64,000 bases of DNA from positions 1,824,001-1,888,000 of the forward strand of contig CBDFGR010000002.1 of NCBI GenBank assembly GCA_965247115.1, written 5' to 3'. Position numbers and translations under genes: made by a program. The notes under the pieces are model-generated. The model did not search any database, was not told where the DNA came from, and was given only the letters and a program-made list of their open reading frames with translations. The stretch is from Myxococcota bacterium (GTDB lineage: Bacteria; Myxococcota_A; UBA9160; SZUA-336). This document shows, in pieces, positions 1 through 8,933 of this stretch (its first letter is position 1; the number at the start of each line of letters is the position of its first letter).

Positions 1-2
1 AC

Positions 3-197
3 CTGGCCGGTCGCAAGCAGGAGGCGATCGAGGCGGTGCCCGACGAGTTCCTCGACGAGGGCGCGCTCGTTGGCCCTGTCGAGCGGATCAAGGATCGCTA
101 CCGAGCCTGGGAGGAGTCCGGCGTCACCGGGCTCACGATCAACGCTGCTGAGACCGAGGCCCTCGAGCTGATGGCAGACCTCGCGGGCACCCGCTAG
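3..197 (+). CDS. LLM-class (F420-type) oxidoreductase, C-terminal fragment
   Basis: Frame 3 reads LAGRKQEAIEAVPDEFLDEGALVGPVERIKDRYRAWEESGVTGL to TAG at 195-197, a typical LLM C-terminus; truncated by the window edge. Confidence 0.75.
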   Translation: MAGRKQEAIEAVPDEFLDEGALVGPVERIKDRYRAWEESGVTGLTINAAETEALELMADLAGTR

Positions 198-230
198 CCG
201 CGGTCTTGGGTGGGATGAGTTCCTGACTCA

Positions 231-1604
231 GTGCCGGATCTCGCGGTAGACCCGTATACGGTCCGGGCTGGCGAAGCGCAGCCAGCACCCCCGCGGTTCA
301 GGGAGAGGCTCCGTCATCTCGGTCCCAGCGTGATCGTCTCGGGCTCCGTGGTGGGGTCGGGCGAGATCATTCTCACGTCGAGTCTTGGCGCTGCAGCGGG
401 CTTCGCCCTGCTGTGGTGGGTCCTCGTCTCGTGCTGGAGCAAGTCCCTGGTCCAGGCCCAGCTCTCTCGCTACGTCATCGTCACGGGAGACACGTATCTA
501 CGCGCGATGAATCGGCTCCCGGGCCGCCTGCCCGGTCCCAGAGGGTCGATCGCATGGCCCATCTGGCTCGGCTTGGTCGCATTCGTTCCCGGAGTTCTGG
601 GACTCGGCGGGATTCTCGGCGGCGCCGGTCAGGCCCTGGCCCTTCTCGTGCCCGCTATCGACGGGAGCGCCGGCACCGCTCTTGTGGCGTTTGCGACGGC
701 CGGATTCCTCGCCACGCGTTCCTACGCCAGACTCGAGCGGGCAATGCTCGGGCTCGTCTGCAGCTTCACGCTCGCAACCCTCGTCTGCTCCATCACCATG
801 CAGTTCACGGAGTTCGGCATCTCTAGAAGTGACCTTGCGGCTGGTTTTGCCTTCGACTTCCCGTTCGAGCACCTGGCCCTCGCCCTCGCTGTCTACGGGT
901 ATACGGGAGTCAACTCGGGAGAGATCGCCGCGTACACCTATTGGTGTGTCGAGAAGGGCTACCCGAGCTACGTCGGTCACGATCGCGACGACCCGGAGTG
1001 GGTCGCACGTGCGCGTGGCTGGACCAAGGTACTGCACGCGGACGTCTGGGTGGCGCTCATCATTCTCACCTGCGCAACGCTGCCCTTCTACATTCTCGGC
1101 GCGGGCGTCCTGCACGCGATCGGCGAGCAGCCCAAGGGCCTGGAGACGATCACGGCTCTCTCAAACATGTTCACCCAGACACTCGGTCCGTGGGCCGTAT
1201 GGCTTTTCGGGTTTGGCGCCTTCTTCATTCTGTTTTCTACCGCGCTGTCCGCAATCGCGGCCGGCGGTCGCTTCGTCCCCGACTACCTGATCGAGATGGG
1301 CTTCTTCGCTCGCAGAGACCTCGGGCGCCGACACGCGTTCACGCGTGGGTACACCATGGTCGTCCCCCTGCTGGCCCTCCTCCTCTACCTGACAGTCCAG
1401 AACCCGGTGCTGCTCGTGACGATCGGGGGCCTGACCGCCGCGATGCTTCTGCCCATCCAGACGGGCGCCACCCTGTGGCTACAGGCAAGGCACATGGACT
1501 CGCGGGTCCGTCCGGAACGCGGCACGAGAGGCGCTGTGTGGGCGATCTTCGTATTCCAGGTGCTGATGGCGCTGCTAGTCGTGCGGTACGTGGTGCTCGG
1601 CTGA
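231..1604 (+). CDS. Nramp-superfamily (YcsG-like) membrane transporter
   Basis: 457 aa with many TM segments and the motif LGPSVIVSGSVVGSGEII; lacks the canonical MntH DPGN motif. Confidence 0.75.
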   Translation: MPDLAVDPYTVRAGEAQPAPPRFRERLRHLGPSVIVSGSVVGSGEIILTSSLGAAAGFALLWWVLVSCWSKSLVQAQLSRYVIVTGDTYLRAMNRLPGRLPGPRGSIAWPIWLGLVAFVPGVLGLGGILGGAGQALALLVPAIDGSAGTALVAFATAGFLATRSYARLERAMLGLVCSFTLATLVCSITMQFTEFGISRSDLAAGFAFDFPFEHLALALAVYGYTGVNSGEIAAYTYWCVEKGYPSYVGHDRDDPEWVARARGWTKVLHADVWVALIILTCATLPFYILGAGVLHAIGEQPKGLETITALSNMFTQTLGPWAVWLFGFGAFFILFSTALSAIAAGGRFVPDYLIEMGFFARRDLGRRHAFTRGYTMVVPLLALLLYLTVQNPVLLVTIGGLTAAMLLPIQTGATLWLQARHMDSRVRPERGTRGAVWAIFVFQVLMALLVVRYVVLG

Positions 1605-1623
1605 ATTCAGCGCGAGCGGGCGC

Positions 1624-2631
1624 TCAGCCGAGCAGCGCACGGGCGCGCTCGACGAGGGGTCGCTGCGAGAGCGCCGTGATCTCCCAGGTGGGATCCGGAC
1701 GCTTCCCCCGGCGATGCAGGCCGAGGTTGAAGCCCGTGATGAGCGCGAACTTGTAGGCGGCCAGGGCGCGGAACCAATTCAGCTCCGGCAGCCGGTCCTG
1801 ATAGGCCGCTGCGTACATGTCGACCAGCTCGTCCGCGCCGGGCCAGAGGCCGCCGCCTGCCACGCCGCGGGCCTCGTCCCAGGCCTCGGGGTCGTTGAAG
1901 GTGGCGACCCAGCCCACGTCGTTCAAGGTGGCTCCGACTCCAACGAGCTCCCAGTCGATGACAGCGAGGAGCTCGCCGTCCGGCGCGAAGAACAGGTTCG
2001 CGGTCTGGAAGTCGCCATGGAATACGCCGACGGGCGCGTCTGCCGGGATCCGCGCCAACAATCGCTCTCTCACGTCGGGGATACCGGAGAGGGCCTCCGG
2101 ATCGGCAGCGCGCTCGAATAGGCGGTCCCAGCGCGTCACGTCCTGATCGAAGGGAATCGGCTCACCCAGGTACGGCACGCGCTCGACGGCGAGCCGATGG
2201 ATGTTCGCCAGCGCCGTCATCGCTTGCTGCGCGGTTCCCCGCAGGGTGTCAGGATCGAGCTTGCTCCCCCAGTCTCCAGGTCCGAGACGCAGCACGTCGC
2301 CTTCGAGCCTCGGCACCACGAAGTAGGGCCTGCCGAACCACTCGAGGTCGTCGCCGGACCAGTGCACAGAGCAGTGCGGGACGGGTCCGCCGTCCAGCGC
2401 GTCTAGCACCTCGACCTGGCGGAGCACGTCTGCGGTCCCCCTCCAGTTCACGTTGGGCGGCGGTATGCGCAGGAACCACGACTCCCGGGTCCCTCGGCTC
2501 TCGACGGTGAAGCCGTAGGAGAAGCCGGCGTGCCCCGGCATGTTGTGTACGCCCGAGAGCGTGACGTCCGGATCGTCGTACTTGGCCCTACAGAAGGGTC
2601 CCAGCCTCTCCTCCAGCTCGCCGAGCTCCAT
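1624..2631 (-). CDS. APH/phosphotransferase family protein (ACAD10/11 kinase-like)
   Basis: Motifs FHGDFQTANL and VIDWEL. Start moved to MELGELEE (2631) to avoid overlapping the divergent gene's ATG. Confidence 0.85.
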   Translation of the reverse strand: MELGELEERLGPFCRAKYDDPDVTLSGVHNMPGHAGFSYGFTVESRGTRESWFLRIPPPNVNWRGTADVLRQVEVLDALDGGPVPHCSVHWSGDDLEWFGRPYFVVPRLEGDVLRLGPGDWGSKLDPDTLRGTAQQAMTALANIHRLAVERVPYLGEPIPFDQDVTRWDRLFERAADPEALSGIPDVRERLLARIPADAPVGVFHGDFQTANLFFAPDGELLAVIDWELVGVGATLNDVGWVATFNDPEAWDEARGVAGGGLWPGADELVDMYAAAYQDRLPELNWFRALAAYKFALITGFNLGLHRRGKRPDPTWEITALSQRPLVERARALLG

Positions 2632-2692
2632 CGCTCTAGTGTACATCGCGTGAACAGCGGGGGTCCGCGGCTGGTAGGCTTCGGGAGCAGTC

Positions 2693-3568
2693 ATGATTCT
2701 CGTGGTCGGAGCTACAGGTCAGGTCGGAGGTCCGGCGGTCGCGGAGCTCCTGGAGAGGCGTGCGTCGCTGCGGGCGCTGGTGCGATCGAGCGAGAAGGGC
2801 CGCGACCTGGCCGGGCGAGATGTGGAGCTGGCCGTTGGAGACCTCGAGGACATCGACTCCCTCATTTCCGCACTGCGCGGTGTCGAGTCTGTCTTGCTCG
2901 TGTCCGCGATCGATCCGCGGCAGGTCGAGCTCCAGGGGAACCTCGTTGCGGCGGCGCGTCGCTGTGGGGTGGCCCACATCGTCAAGCTGTCTGGCCTGGC
3001 CACTGCGCTCGACTCCCCGGTCCGAAGTGGGCGCTGGCACGCCGAGACGGAGGCGGCGATCGCCGACTCGGGAATGGCCTACACGTTCCTGCGCCCCCCC
3101 TTCTTCCTCCAGAACCTGCTGCGTTTCGCGCCGGCCGTTGCCGAGCATGGCGTGCTCCCGAGCAGGATGGATCCCGCGACGACAATCGCGATGGTCGACA
3201 GCCGTGACGTGGCCGCCGTAGCGGTGGGGTGTCTCGTCGATCCCCGTCACCGCGGCTGCGTCTACGACGTGACGGGGCCAGAGGCGCTGACCTACGGCGA
3301 CGTCGCGCGACGGCTCGAGCTGCTCCTGGGACGCCGCGTCGAGCGAGTGAGGGTCCCCGAGCATGTCGGCCGCGAGAACTTGCTCGAGCAGGGTCCCGAG
3401 TGGCACGCCGACCTCACGCTGGAGTTCGACCGAGCCTTCGCCGCGGGGCTCGGTGCAAAGGTCACCACCGTCGTCCAGGACGTTACGGCCCGCCCCGCCC
3501 GCGACCTGGACACCTTCCTCCATGAACACCGCCCCCATTTCGAGGAGTACCCGAGGGCAGAGCTATAG
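2693..3568 (+). CDS. NmrA/atypical SDR NAD(P)H-binding protein
   Basis: N-terminal ILVVGATGQVG Rossmann motif; YTFLRPPFFLQN; VDSRDVA; TGPEALT. Confidence 0.9.
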   Translation: MILVVGATGQVGGPAVAELLERRASLRALVRSSEKGRDLAGRDVELAVGDLEDIDSLISALRGVESVLLVSAIDPRQVELQGNLVAAARRCGVAHIVKLSGLATALDSPVRSGRWHAETEAAIADSGMAYTFLRPPFFLQNLLRFAPAVAEHGVLPSRMDPATTIAMVDSRDVAAVAVGCLVDPRHRGCVYDVTGPEALTYGDVARRLELLLGRRVERVRVPEHVGRENLLEQGPEWHADLTLEFDRAFAAGLGAKVTTVVQDVTARPARDLDTFLHEHRPHFEEYPRAEL

Positions 3569-3580
3569 TCTCTGTGGATC

Positions 3581-4330
3581 ATGCTTTCTGACCGCTCCAT
3601 CCAGCACAGCCTCGCCTTGAGAGCTCTCATCATCGCGGGCCTCGTGGCCTTCGGGTTCTTCCTCGTGACCGAGCGGGGCATGCTGGCCTCCGCGTTGCAG
3701 AGTGATCGCAGCTACATCTCGTACGTCATCCTGCTGATCTACGTGATCGCAAGCGGGCACTGGCTGCTGCTCGCCATTCGCATGTCCGGAGAGCGGAATC
3801 GTCTCGAGCGGGTCGAGCACGGTCTGAAGAACGGAGACGAACCCGGGCTGGAGGTCACCGATGTCGGTGTTCGCTGGGGGTCCGAGGAGTGGACGGCAGG
3901 AGACCTGGCCCAGTACCTGCGGGGGGTGCTGATCGTGCGGGAGTACGCCGCCCCGGGCGGGGAGCAGGGCACGCTCACCGCAACGCTGGGAGACGTCATC
4001 GCGAATCGCCACGCGGCTGGGCACTTCTTCAGCGACACGCTGCTCAAGCTCGGGCTGCTCGGCACGATGGTCGGTTTCATCCTGATGCTGCTGCCGGTCT
4101 CAGGGATGCAAAGTTTCGAGCCCGCACTCGCACAGCAGCTCCTGCGCGAGATGAGCAGCGGCATGGCCGTCGCGCTCTACACGACGCTGGCCGGGCTCGT
4201 GACGAGCACGCTGCTGAAGCTCCAGTACCAGATCCTCGACACCTCGGCGCAGGACTTCCTGAACCGCGTCGCGTTCATGACGGACGTGCACCTCGCAACG
4301 TCTTCGGTGGGACCCGAGAGTGGCAACTAG
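3581..4330 (+). CDS. MotA/TolQ/ExbB proton channel family protein
   Basis: TM motifs KLGLLGTMVGFI and GMAVALYTTLAGL. Confidence 0.85.
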   Translation: MLSDRSIQHSLALRALIIAGLVAFGFFLVTERGMLASALQSDRSYISYVILLIYVIASGHWLLLAIRMSGERNRLERVEHGLKNGDEPGLEVTDVGVRWGSEEWTAGDLAQYLRGVLIVREYAAPGGEQGTLTATLGDVIANRHAAGHFFSDTLLKLGLLGTMVGFILMLLPVSGMQSFEPALAQQLLREMSSGMAVALYTTLAGLVTSTLLKLQYQILDTSAQDFLNRVAFMTDVHLATSSVGPESGN

Positions 4331-4943
4331 GCTGCATCGGCGCTCGGACGGGCAGGATGCGTTCACGGACGTCCTGTTCAACACGCTCCTGGGCTTTGCG
4401 TTCATGTTCGTGGTCGCGTTCTCGTTCATGGGCGATCCCCGGAAGACGGGAGCCGTGGATGCGAAGGCGGAGGTCCTGATCACCGTGCGCTGGCCCGACG
4501 GTCATCCGGACGACATAGACACCGTCGTCGAGGATCCGCTAGGAAATCTGGTCTGGTACCACAATCAAGCCACGGAGCTGATGCACCTGGATCGCGACGA
4601 TCGCGGAACCTACGCAGATCGTCTTCGCATCGACGGTCGCGAGGTATCGAACCCGATCAACCAGGAGATCGTCTCGCTGCGCTCCCTGCTCCCGGGTGAG
4701 TACGTGGTCAACTTGCTCCACTACAAGGCGAACTACAGCGCGCCCGTACCCGTGACTGTCACCGTGGAGAAGCTGAACCCCGAGGTACAAGTCGTCTATT
4801 ACGGGAGCCACGACTTGGTGGGCGCCGGCACCGAACTTACCGCCGTTCGCTTCGTGCTGGATAGCGACGGGGCCATCGCTCACGTGAGTAGCGCTCCCAA
4901 GCCCCTGCTGGTGCGCGCGGTGTCCGGCAAGCCGGCCTCATGA
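4320..4943 (+). CDS. Single-TM protein with ExbD/MotB-like TM Asp and a YfaP/DUF2135-like periplasmic domain
   Basis: AFTDVLFNTLLGFAFMF, followed by WPDGHPDDIDTVVEDPLG..LDRDDRG..NQEIV..PGEYVVNL; overlaps the upstream gene. Confidence 0.65.
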   Translation: MATRLHRRSDGQDAFTDVLFNTLLGFAFMFVVAFSFMGDPRKTGAVDAKAEVLITVRWPDGHPDDIDTVVEDPLGNLVWYHNQATELMHLDRDDRGTYADRLRIDGREVSNPINQEIVSLRSLLPGEYVVNLLHYKANYSAPVPVTVTVEKLNPEVQVVYYGSHDLVGAGTELTAVRFVLDSDGAIAHVSSAPKPLLVRAVSGKPAS

Positions 4944-5497
4944 CCATCCTGCTCGCGCTGGCCTACGCGATCATCGCCGCGCTGCTCCTCAACCTGGGAC
5001 TGGCCACGGCCTGGAGCGCTCGGGTCAAGGTCGGTGCCGTGCTGCTGGTCTCCCTGTTCTACGGCATGACCTACCTTGGGATTCGCGCGCTCGAGGGCTG
5101 GCCGACGGGTGAGCCTCTCCCGGGCGACTTCCGCGTGCACTGGATCAGCGTCGACGAGCCCGACAAGGCGTCTGGATCGGACGGCGCGATCTACTTCTGG
5201 GTGCGCTCTCTCGACGAGGCAGGGCTGCCGATCGGAGAGCCCCGCGCGCACGCTGTCCCGTACGACGAGCAGACGGCCGACGCGGCGCGTGAGGCCTTGG
5301 CGCGGATGGAAGGGGGCAAGCGGCTGGACGGCCGGATGACGATGACGGTGATCGAGCCGAGCGAGCGCGACCCAGAAGAGGCATCTGTCCTCAGCGACGC
5401 AGCGGTAGGCAACGATCCGAATGGACCCGAGGAGCGCCTGGTCTTCGAGTTCCGGGACGTGCCGCCGCCGACGCTTCCCGCGAAGCCGCCGCTCTAG
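4940..5497 (+). CDS. Hypothetical membrane protein (2 TM plus soluble domain, Pro-rich tail)
   Basis: ATGA start/stop coupling to the previous gene; hydrophobic N-terminus. Confidence 0.7.
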   Translation: MTILLALAYAIIAALLLNLGLATAWSARVKVGAVLLVSLFYGMTYLGIRALEGWPTGEPLPGDFRVHWISVDEPDKASGSDGAIYFWVRSLDEAGLPIGEPRAHAVPYDEQTADAAREALARMEGGKRLDGRMTMTVIEPSERDPEEASVLSDAAVGNDPNGPEERLVFEFRDVPPPTLPAKPPL

Positions 5498-7692
5498 CCT
5501 CCCCCTTCCAGCGCCTCCGCTTGTGCGAGCGCCTCGGCGCGATCCTCGTTTGCTCGCGCAACGATGTAGGCGCGAACGGACTCGGCGTCGGCCTCGCTCA
5601 GCAGATCCGAGAAGCCGGCCATGCCGGTACTCGCGCGAATCCCGTCGAGCACGATCTGGTTGAAGGTCTGGTGAGATTCCGCTGAGAGCATCCGCAGATC
5701 CGGGATCGCGCCAGAAGACTTCACCTTGATACCGTGACACATTCCACAGGCCTCGTGGTACAGGTGCTCGCCCCGCTGCAGCTCCTCTGCCGACGCCGTC
5801 ACGACCGGTTGCTCGGGGATGTGGTGGTCGAGCACGGCGGGCGCCGTGAGCTCGGCGGTCCCATTGAGCTTGAAGGCGACGAGCTTGCCGAAACCGCCGT
5901 ACCGATAGGCCGCGGTCTCGTTTATGAACCCGCTGAAGTTGTCCCCTGCTCCTCCGATCAGGATTGCCACGTACTGCACGCCGTCGATCTCGTAGCTGAC
6001 AGGCGGCCCGAGAATCGAGGTGAAGGTGTTGTACTGCCACAGCCGCTCGCCGGTCTCGGTGTGGTAGGCGCTCAACATCCCCATGGCATCTCCCTGGAAG
6101 ACGATCCCAGCCGAGGTGGCCAGCGCGCCACCGTTCCAGTAGTGGGGATGCTCCACGGCCCAGAGCTCCTCCCCGCTAAGGGGGTTGAAGGCCTTCAGGT
6201 ATCCCCTGGACTCGGGCTCGCCCGGCGTGTCGTCGGCGAGCTGTGCGATGCGTCCAAGCTCGATCCCCAGGTTCCACGCGGAGGGATTGCGCTTTAGGAA
6301 GCCGGTCTCCTTGTACTCCTGGGACATCGCGTAGACCAGCGCGATCTCCTGCGCGGGAAGGTAGACGATCCCGCTGCCGGGGTCGTACGACATCGCTTGC
6401 CAGTTGTGCCCGCCGTACGGGCCGGGAAGGATCCACTTGGGCTCGTCTATGTAGTCCAGCTCCGGGTTCTCGACCGGGCGTCCCGTCTCCATGTCCACGT
6501 GCGATGCCCAGGTGACGGTCACGAAGGGGTTGGCCCGCAGCAGGGTTCCGTCCGAACGATCGATCACGTAGAAGAAGCCGTTCTTCGGCGCCTGCATCAG
6601 CACCTTGCGTCGCGTGCCGTCGACATCCATCTCGGCGAGCATCATGTCCTGCACCGCCGTGTAGTCCCAGTTGTCGCCTGGCGTGGTCTGGTAGTACCAC
6701 TTCATGCTTCCGGTGTCGGCATCCACGGCGACGATCGAGGCGAGAAACAGGTTGTCGCCACCGCCTGGCGAGCGAATGACTCGCGTCCAGGGCGCGCCGT
6801 TCCCAACGCCGATGTAGAGGTGGTTGAAGTCGGGGTCGTAAACGAGGGAGTTCCATGCCGTCCCCCCGCCCCCGATCTCCCACCACTCGCCGCCCTTCCA
6901 CGTCTTTGCGGCCATCTCCATCTCGGGGTGTTCGAAGGGCAAGGAGGGGTCGCCCGGAACGGTGAAGAAGCGCCACACCTGTTCGCCGGTCTGGGCATCG
7001 TAGGCCGTCACGTAGCCCCGCACGCCGAACTCCGCGCCGCCGTTGCCGATGTACACGTTGCCGCGGGCAGTCCTCGGCGCGCCGGTGATGGAGTAGTTCC
7101 GGGTGCGGTCGATGATGGTATTCGTCTCCCACACCTTCGTCCCCGTCGCGGCATCGATGGCGATGAGCCTACCGTCGAGCGATCCGACGTAGACGTTGCC
7201 CCGGTAGACGGCCACGCCGCGGTTGACGGGGCCGCAGCACGCCTTGCGAAGAAACTCCCTTGGAACCTGCGGATCGTAGGTCCACTTCCGCTCGCCCGTC
7301 ACGGCGTCGTAGGCGTGGACGATGCTGAAAGAGGTCGATACGAAGAGCGTCCCATCCACTACGATGGGCGTCGCCTCCTGCGCGTACACCGAGTTCAGAT
7401 CGTCGACCCATGTGGGCGCTAGTCGACTCACCGTCTCGCGGTTGACCTGGGTCAGCGGCGAGAAGCGCTGCTCATTGTAGTCTCGTCCGTACGCGAGCCA
7501 GTTCCCCGGCTCGCTCCCGGCGTTCTTGATGCGCTCGTCATCGATGAGCCCGATGCGCGGCGCGGCTCCATCGGCTGCCTCCGCGGACGGCGCAGCCTCG
7601 TCCGGCGCGGAGCCGCTATCGCAGCCGCTCCAGAGCGCCGCTCCAGCCGAGAGGAACACCAGCTGTGGCAGAACCAGTGCCCATCGACTCAT
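5494..7692 (-). CDS. PQQ-dependent quinohemoprotein (type II) alcohol dehydrogenase, probable lipoprotein
   Basis: Vicinal Cys pair (ACCGPVNRG), WDYTAVQ, QAPKNGFFYV, C-terminal heme c motif CGMCH, lipobox-like LWSGC. Confidence 0.93.
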   Translation of the reverse strand: MSRWALVLPQLVFLSAGAALWSGCDSGSAPDEAAPSAEAADGAAPRIGLIDDERIKNAGSEPGNWLAYGRDYNEQRFSPLTQVNRETVSRLAPTWVDDLNSVYAQEATPIVVDGTLFVSTSFSIVHAYDAVTGERKWTYDPQVPREFLRKACCGPVNRGVAVYRGNVYVGSLDGRLIAIDAATGTKVWETNTIIDRTRNYSITGAPRTARGNVYIGNGGAEFGVRGYVTAYDAQTGEQVWRFFTVPGDPSLPFEHPEMEMAAKTWKGGEWWEIGGGGTAWNSLVYDPDFNHLYIGVGNGAPWTRVIRSPGGGDNLFLASIVAVDADTGSMKWYYQTTPGDNWDYTAVQDMMLAEMDVDGTRRKVLMQAPKNGFFYVIDRSDGTLLRANPFVTVTWASHVDMETGRPVENPELDYIDEPKWILPGPYGGHNWQAMSYDPGSGIVYLPAQEIALVYAMSQEYKETGFLKRNPSAWNLGIELGRIAQLADDTPGEPESRGYLKAFNPLSGEELWAVEHPHYWNGGALATSAGIVFQGDAMGMLSAYHTETGERLWQYNTFTSILGPPVSYEIDGVQYVAILIGGAGDNFSGFINETAAYRYGGFGKLVAFKLNGTAELTAPAVLDHHIPEQPVVTASAEELQRGEHLYHEACGMCHGIKVKSSGAIPDLRMLSAESHQTFNQIVLDGIRASTGMAGFSDLLSEADAESVRAYIVARANEDRAEALAQAEALEGGG

Positions 7693-7713
7693 CTCTTCCC
7701 TCTACTCTTTAGG

Positions 7714-8928
7714 TCAGCCGAACAGATCGAAGGTCTCGAACTCGCCGCCCAGCAGCTCGTTCGTTCTGGAGTGGCCCAGCCAGCCGTCGATGACGGATGC
7801 GTAGACGCGGCGGAAGTCCGTTGTGAAGATCAGGTTGTCGCCGGGATCGAGCTCGGTCAGGCTTGGTCGGTCGCCGTAGTGCCCGCCCTTCACCCCCTTG
7901 CCCGCGACGAACATGAGACCCGCGGCGCCGTGATCGGTCCCGAGGTTGGTGTTCTCCGGCACGCGGCGCCCGAACTCGGAGAAGACCAGGACCGTCACGT
8001 CGGACGCTCGGCCGATCCGTTCGAGGTCAGTTATGAAGCCGGCAATCGCATCCGACACGTACGTGAGAAGGCGCGGGTGCAAGTTGCCCTGGTACACGTG
8101 GGTATCGAAGGAGTTATTGCGGTACGCTGTGTAGTAGAGCCGCGTTGGCAGGCCGTCTGCGATCAGTGCTGCCACCTTCGGGAGATCGAGCGGGACGATG
8201 CCGTAGTCGACGGGCGTGCGGTACAGGCTCCACGCCTCGCGGACGAGATCCGCGGACTCGCGGGCGCTCTGCGCGACATTCTCGAGGTATTCGCGAGAGG
8301 TGTTCGCCGAGCTCACGTCCGGCACGTAGCCAAGGATCTCGTGCTCGCTGTGGAAGCCCTTGCGTGCTAGGCCCTCTGGGTCGTCGAACACGAGCGGCAT
8401 GTGGCGGCGACTGCGCACCGCGAGCGACTGGGAGCTGTCGATGTTGACGATGTAGTCGGAGCCTCCCTCGGGATGAACCGCGTCTGCCAGGCGCCCGAGC
8501 CACCCGTACGGCTCTCCGCTATTCGGAGCGGCCGTGTGCCAGTAGGCCATCGATGTGAAGTGGGAGAACGAGGGCTGCGGGTAGCCACAGCCGTGCACAA
8601 TCGCGAGCCGCCCATCCTTGTACAGACGCTCGAAGCCCGCCATCCCCTCGGGGAAGCCGAAGTGGTCGTCGATCTTGCGCAGCTCCGCGGCCGGAATGCT
8701 GAGGTTCGGGCGCAGCCGGTAGTACGCGTCGTCTCCGTAGGGGACGAGCGTATTGAGACCGTCATTCCCCCCGGAAAGCTCGACCACCACGAGGATCGGC
8801 TCGTTCGTCGCCGCGCGCGCGGCGCGGTTTCCGAACGGTCCCAGCATCGAAGCGCCGATTCCGAGCGCCCCCGTCCGGAGCACGTCGCGGCGACTCAGCA
8901 GGCTCTTGAAGGGACTCGGCTCTCTCAT
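7714..8928 (-). CDS. DUF1501 domain protein, Tat-exported
   Basis: SRRDVL twin-arginine signal; LSGGNDGLNT; SEFGRR; GTDHG. Confidence 0.9.
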   Translation of the reverse strand: MREPSPFKSLLSRRDVLRTGALGIGASMLGPFGNRAARAATNEPILVVVELSGGNDGLNTLVPYGDDAYYRLRPNLSIPAAELRKIDDHFGFPEGMAGFERLYKDGRLAIVHGCGYPQPSFSHFTSMAYWHTAAPNSGEPYGWLGRLADAVHPEGGSDYIVNIDSSQSLAVRSRRHMPLVFDDPEGLARKGFHSEHEILGYVPDVSSANTSREYLENVAQSARESADLVREAWSLYRTPVDYGIVPLDLPKVAALIADGLPTRLYYTAYRNNSFDTHVYQGNLHPRLLTYVSDAIAGFITDLERIGRASDVTVLVFSEFGRRVPENTNLGTDHGAAGLMFVAGKGVKGGHYGDRPSLTELDPGDNLIFTTDFRRVYASVIDGWLGHSRTNELLGGEFETFDLFG

Positions 8929-8933
8929 GGCTC

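Noticed and set aside
2692..2695. Divergent genes sharing overlapping start codons (CATG)
   Set aside because: The kinase more plausibly starts at 2631, leaving an ordinary short divergent gap.
3581..4943. Zorya ZorAB
   Set aside because: No long ZorA tail, no OmpA-like domain and no zorC/D/E genes.
5494..7692. Lanthanide-dependent dehydrogenase
   Set aside because: The motif is WDYT, lacking the extra Asp (D-x-D) of XoxF/ExaF/PedH, so it is Ca-type.
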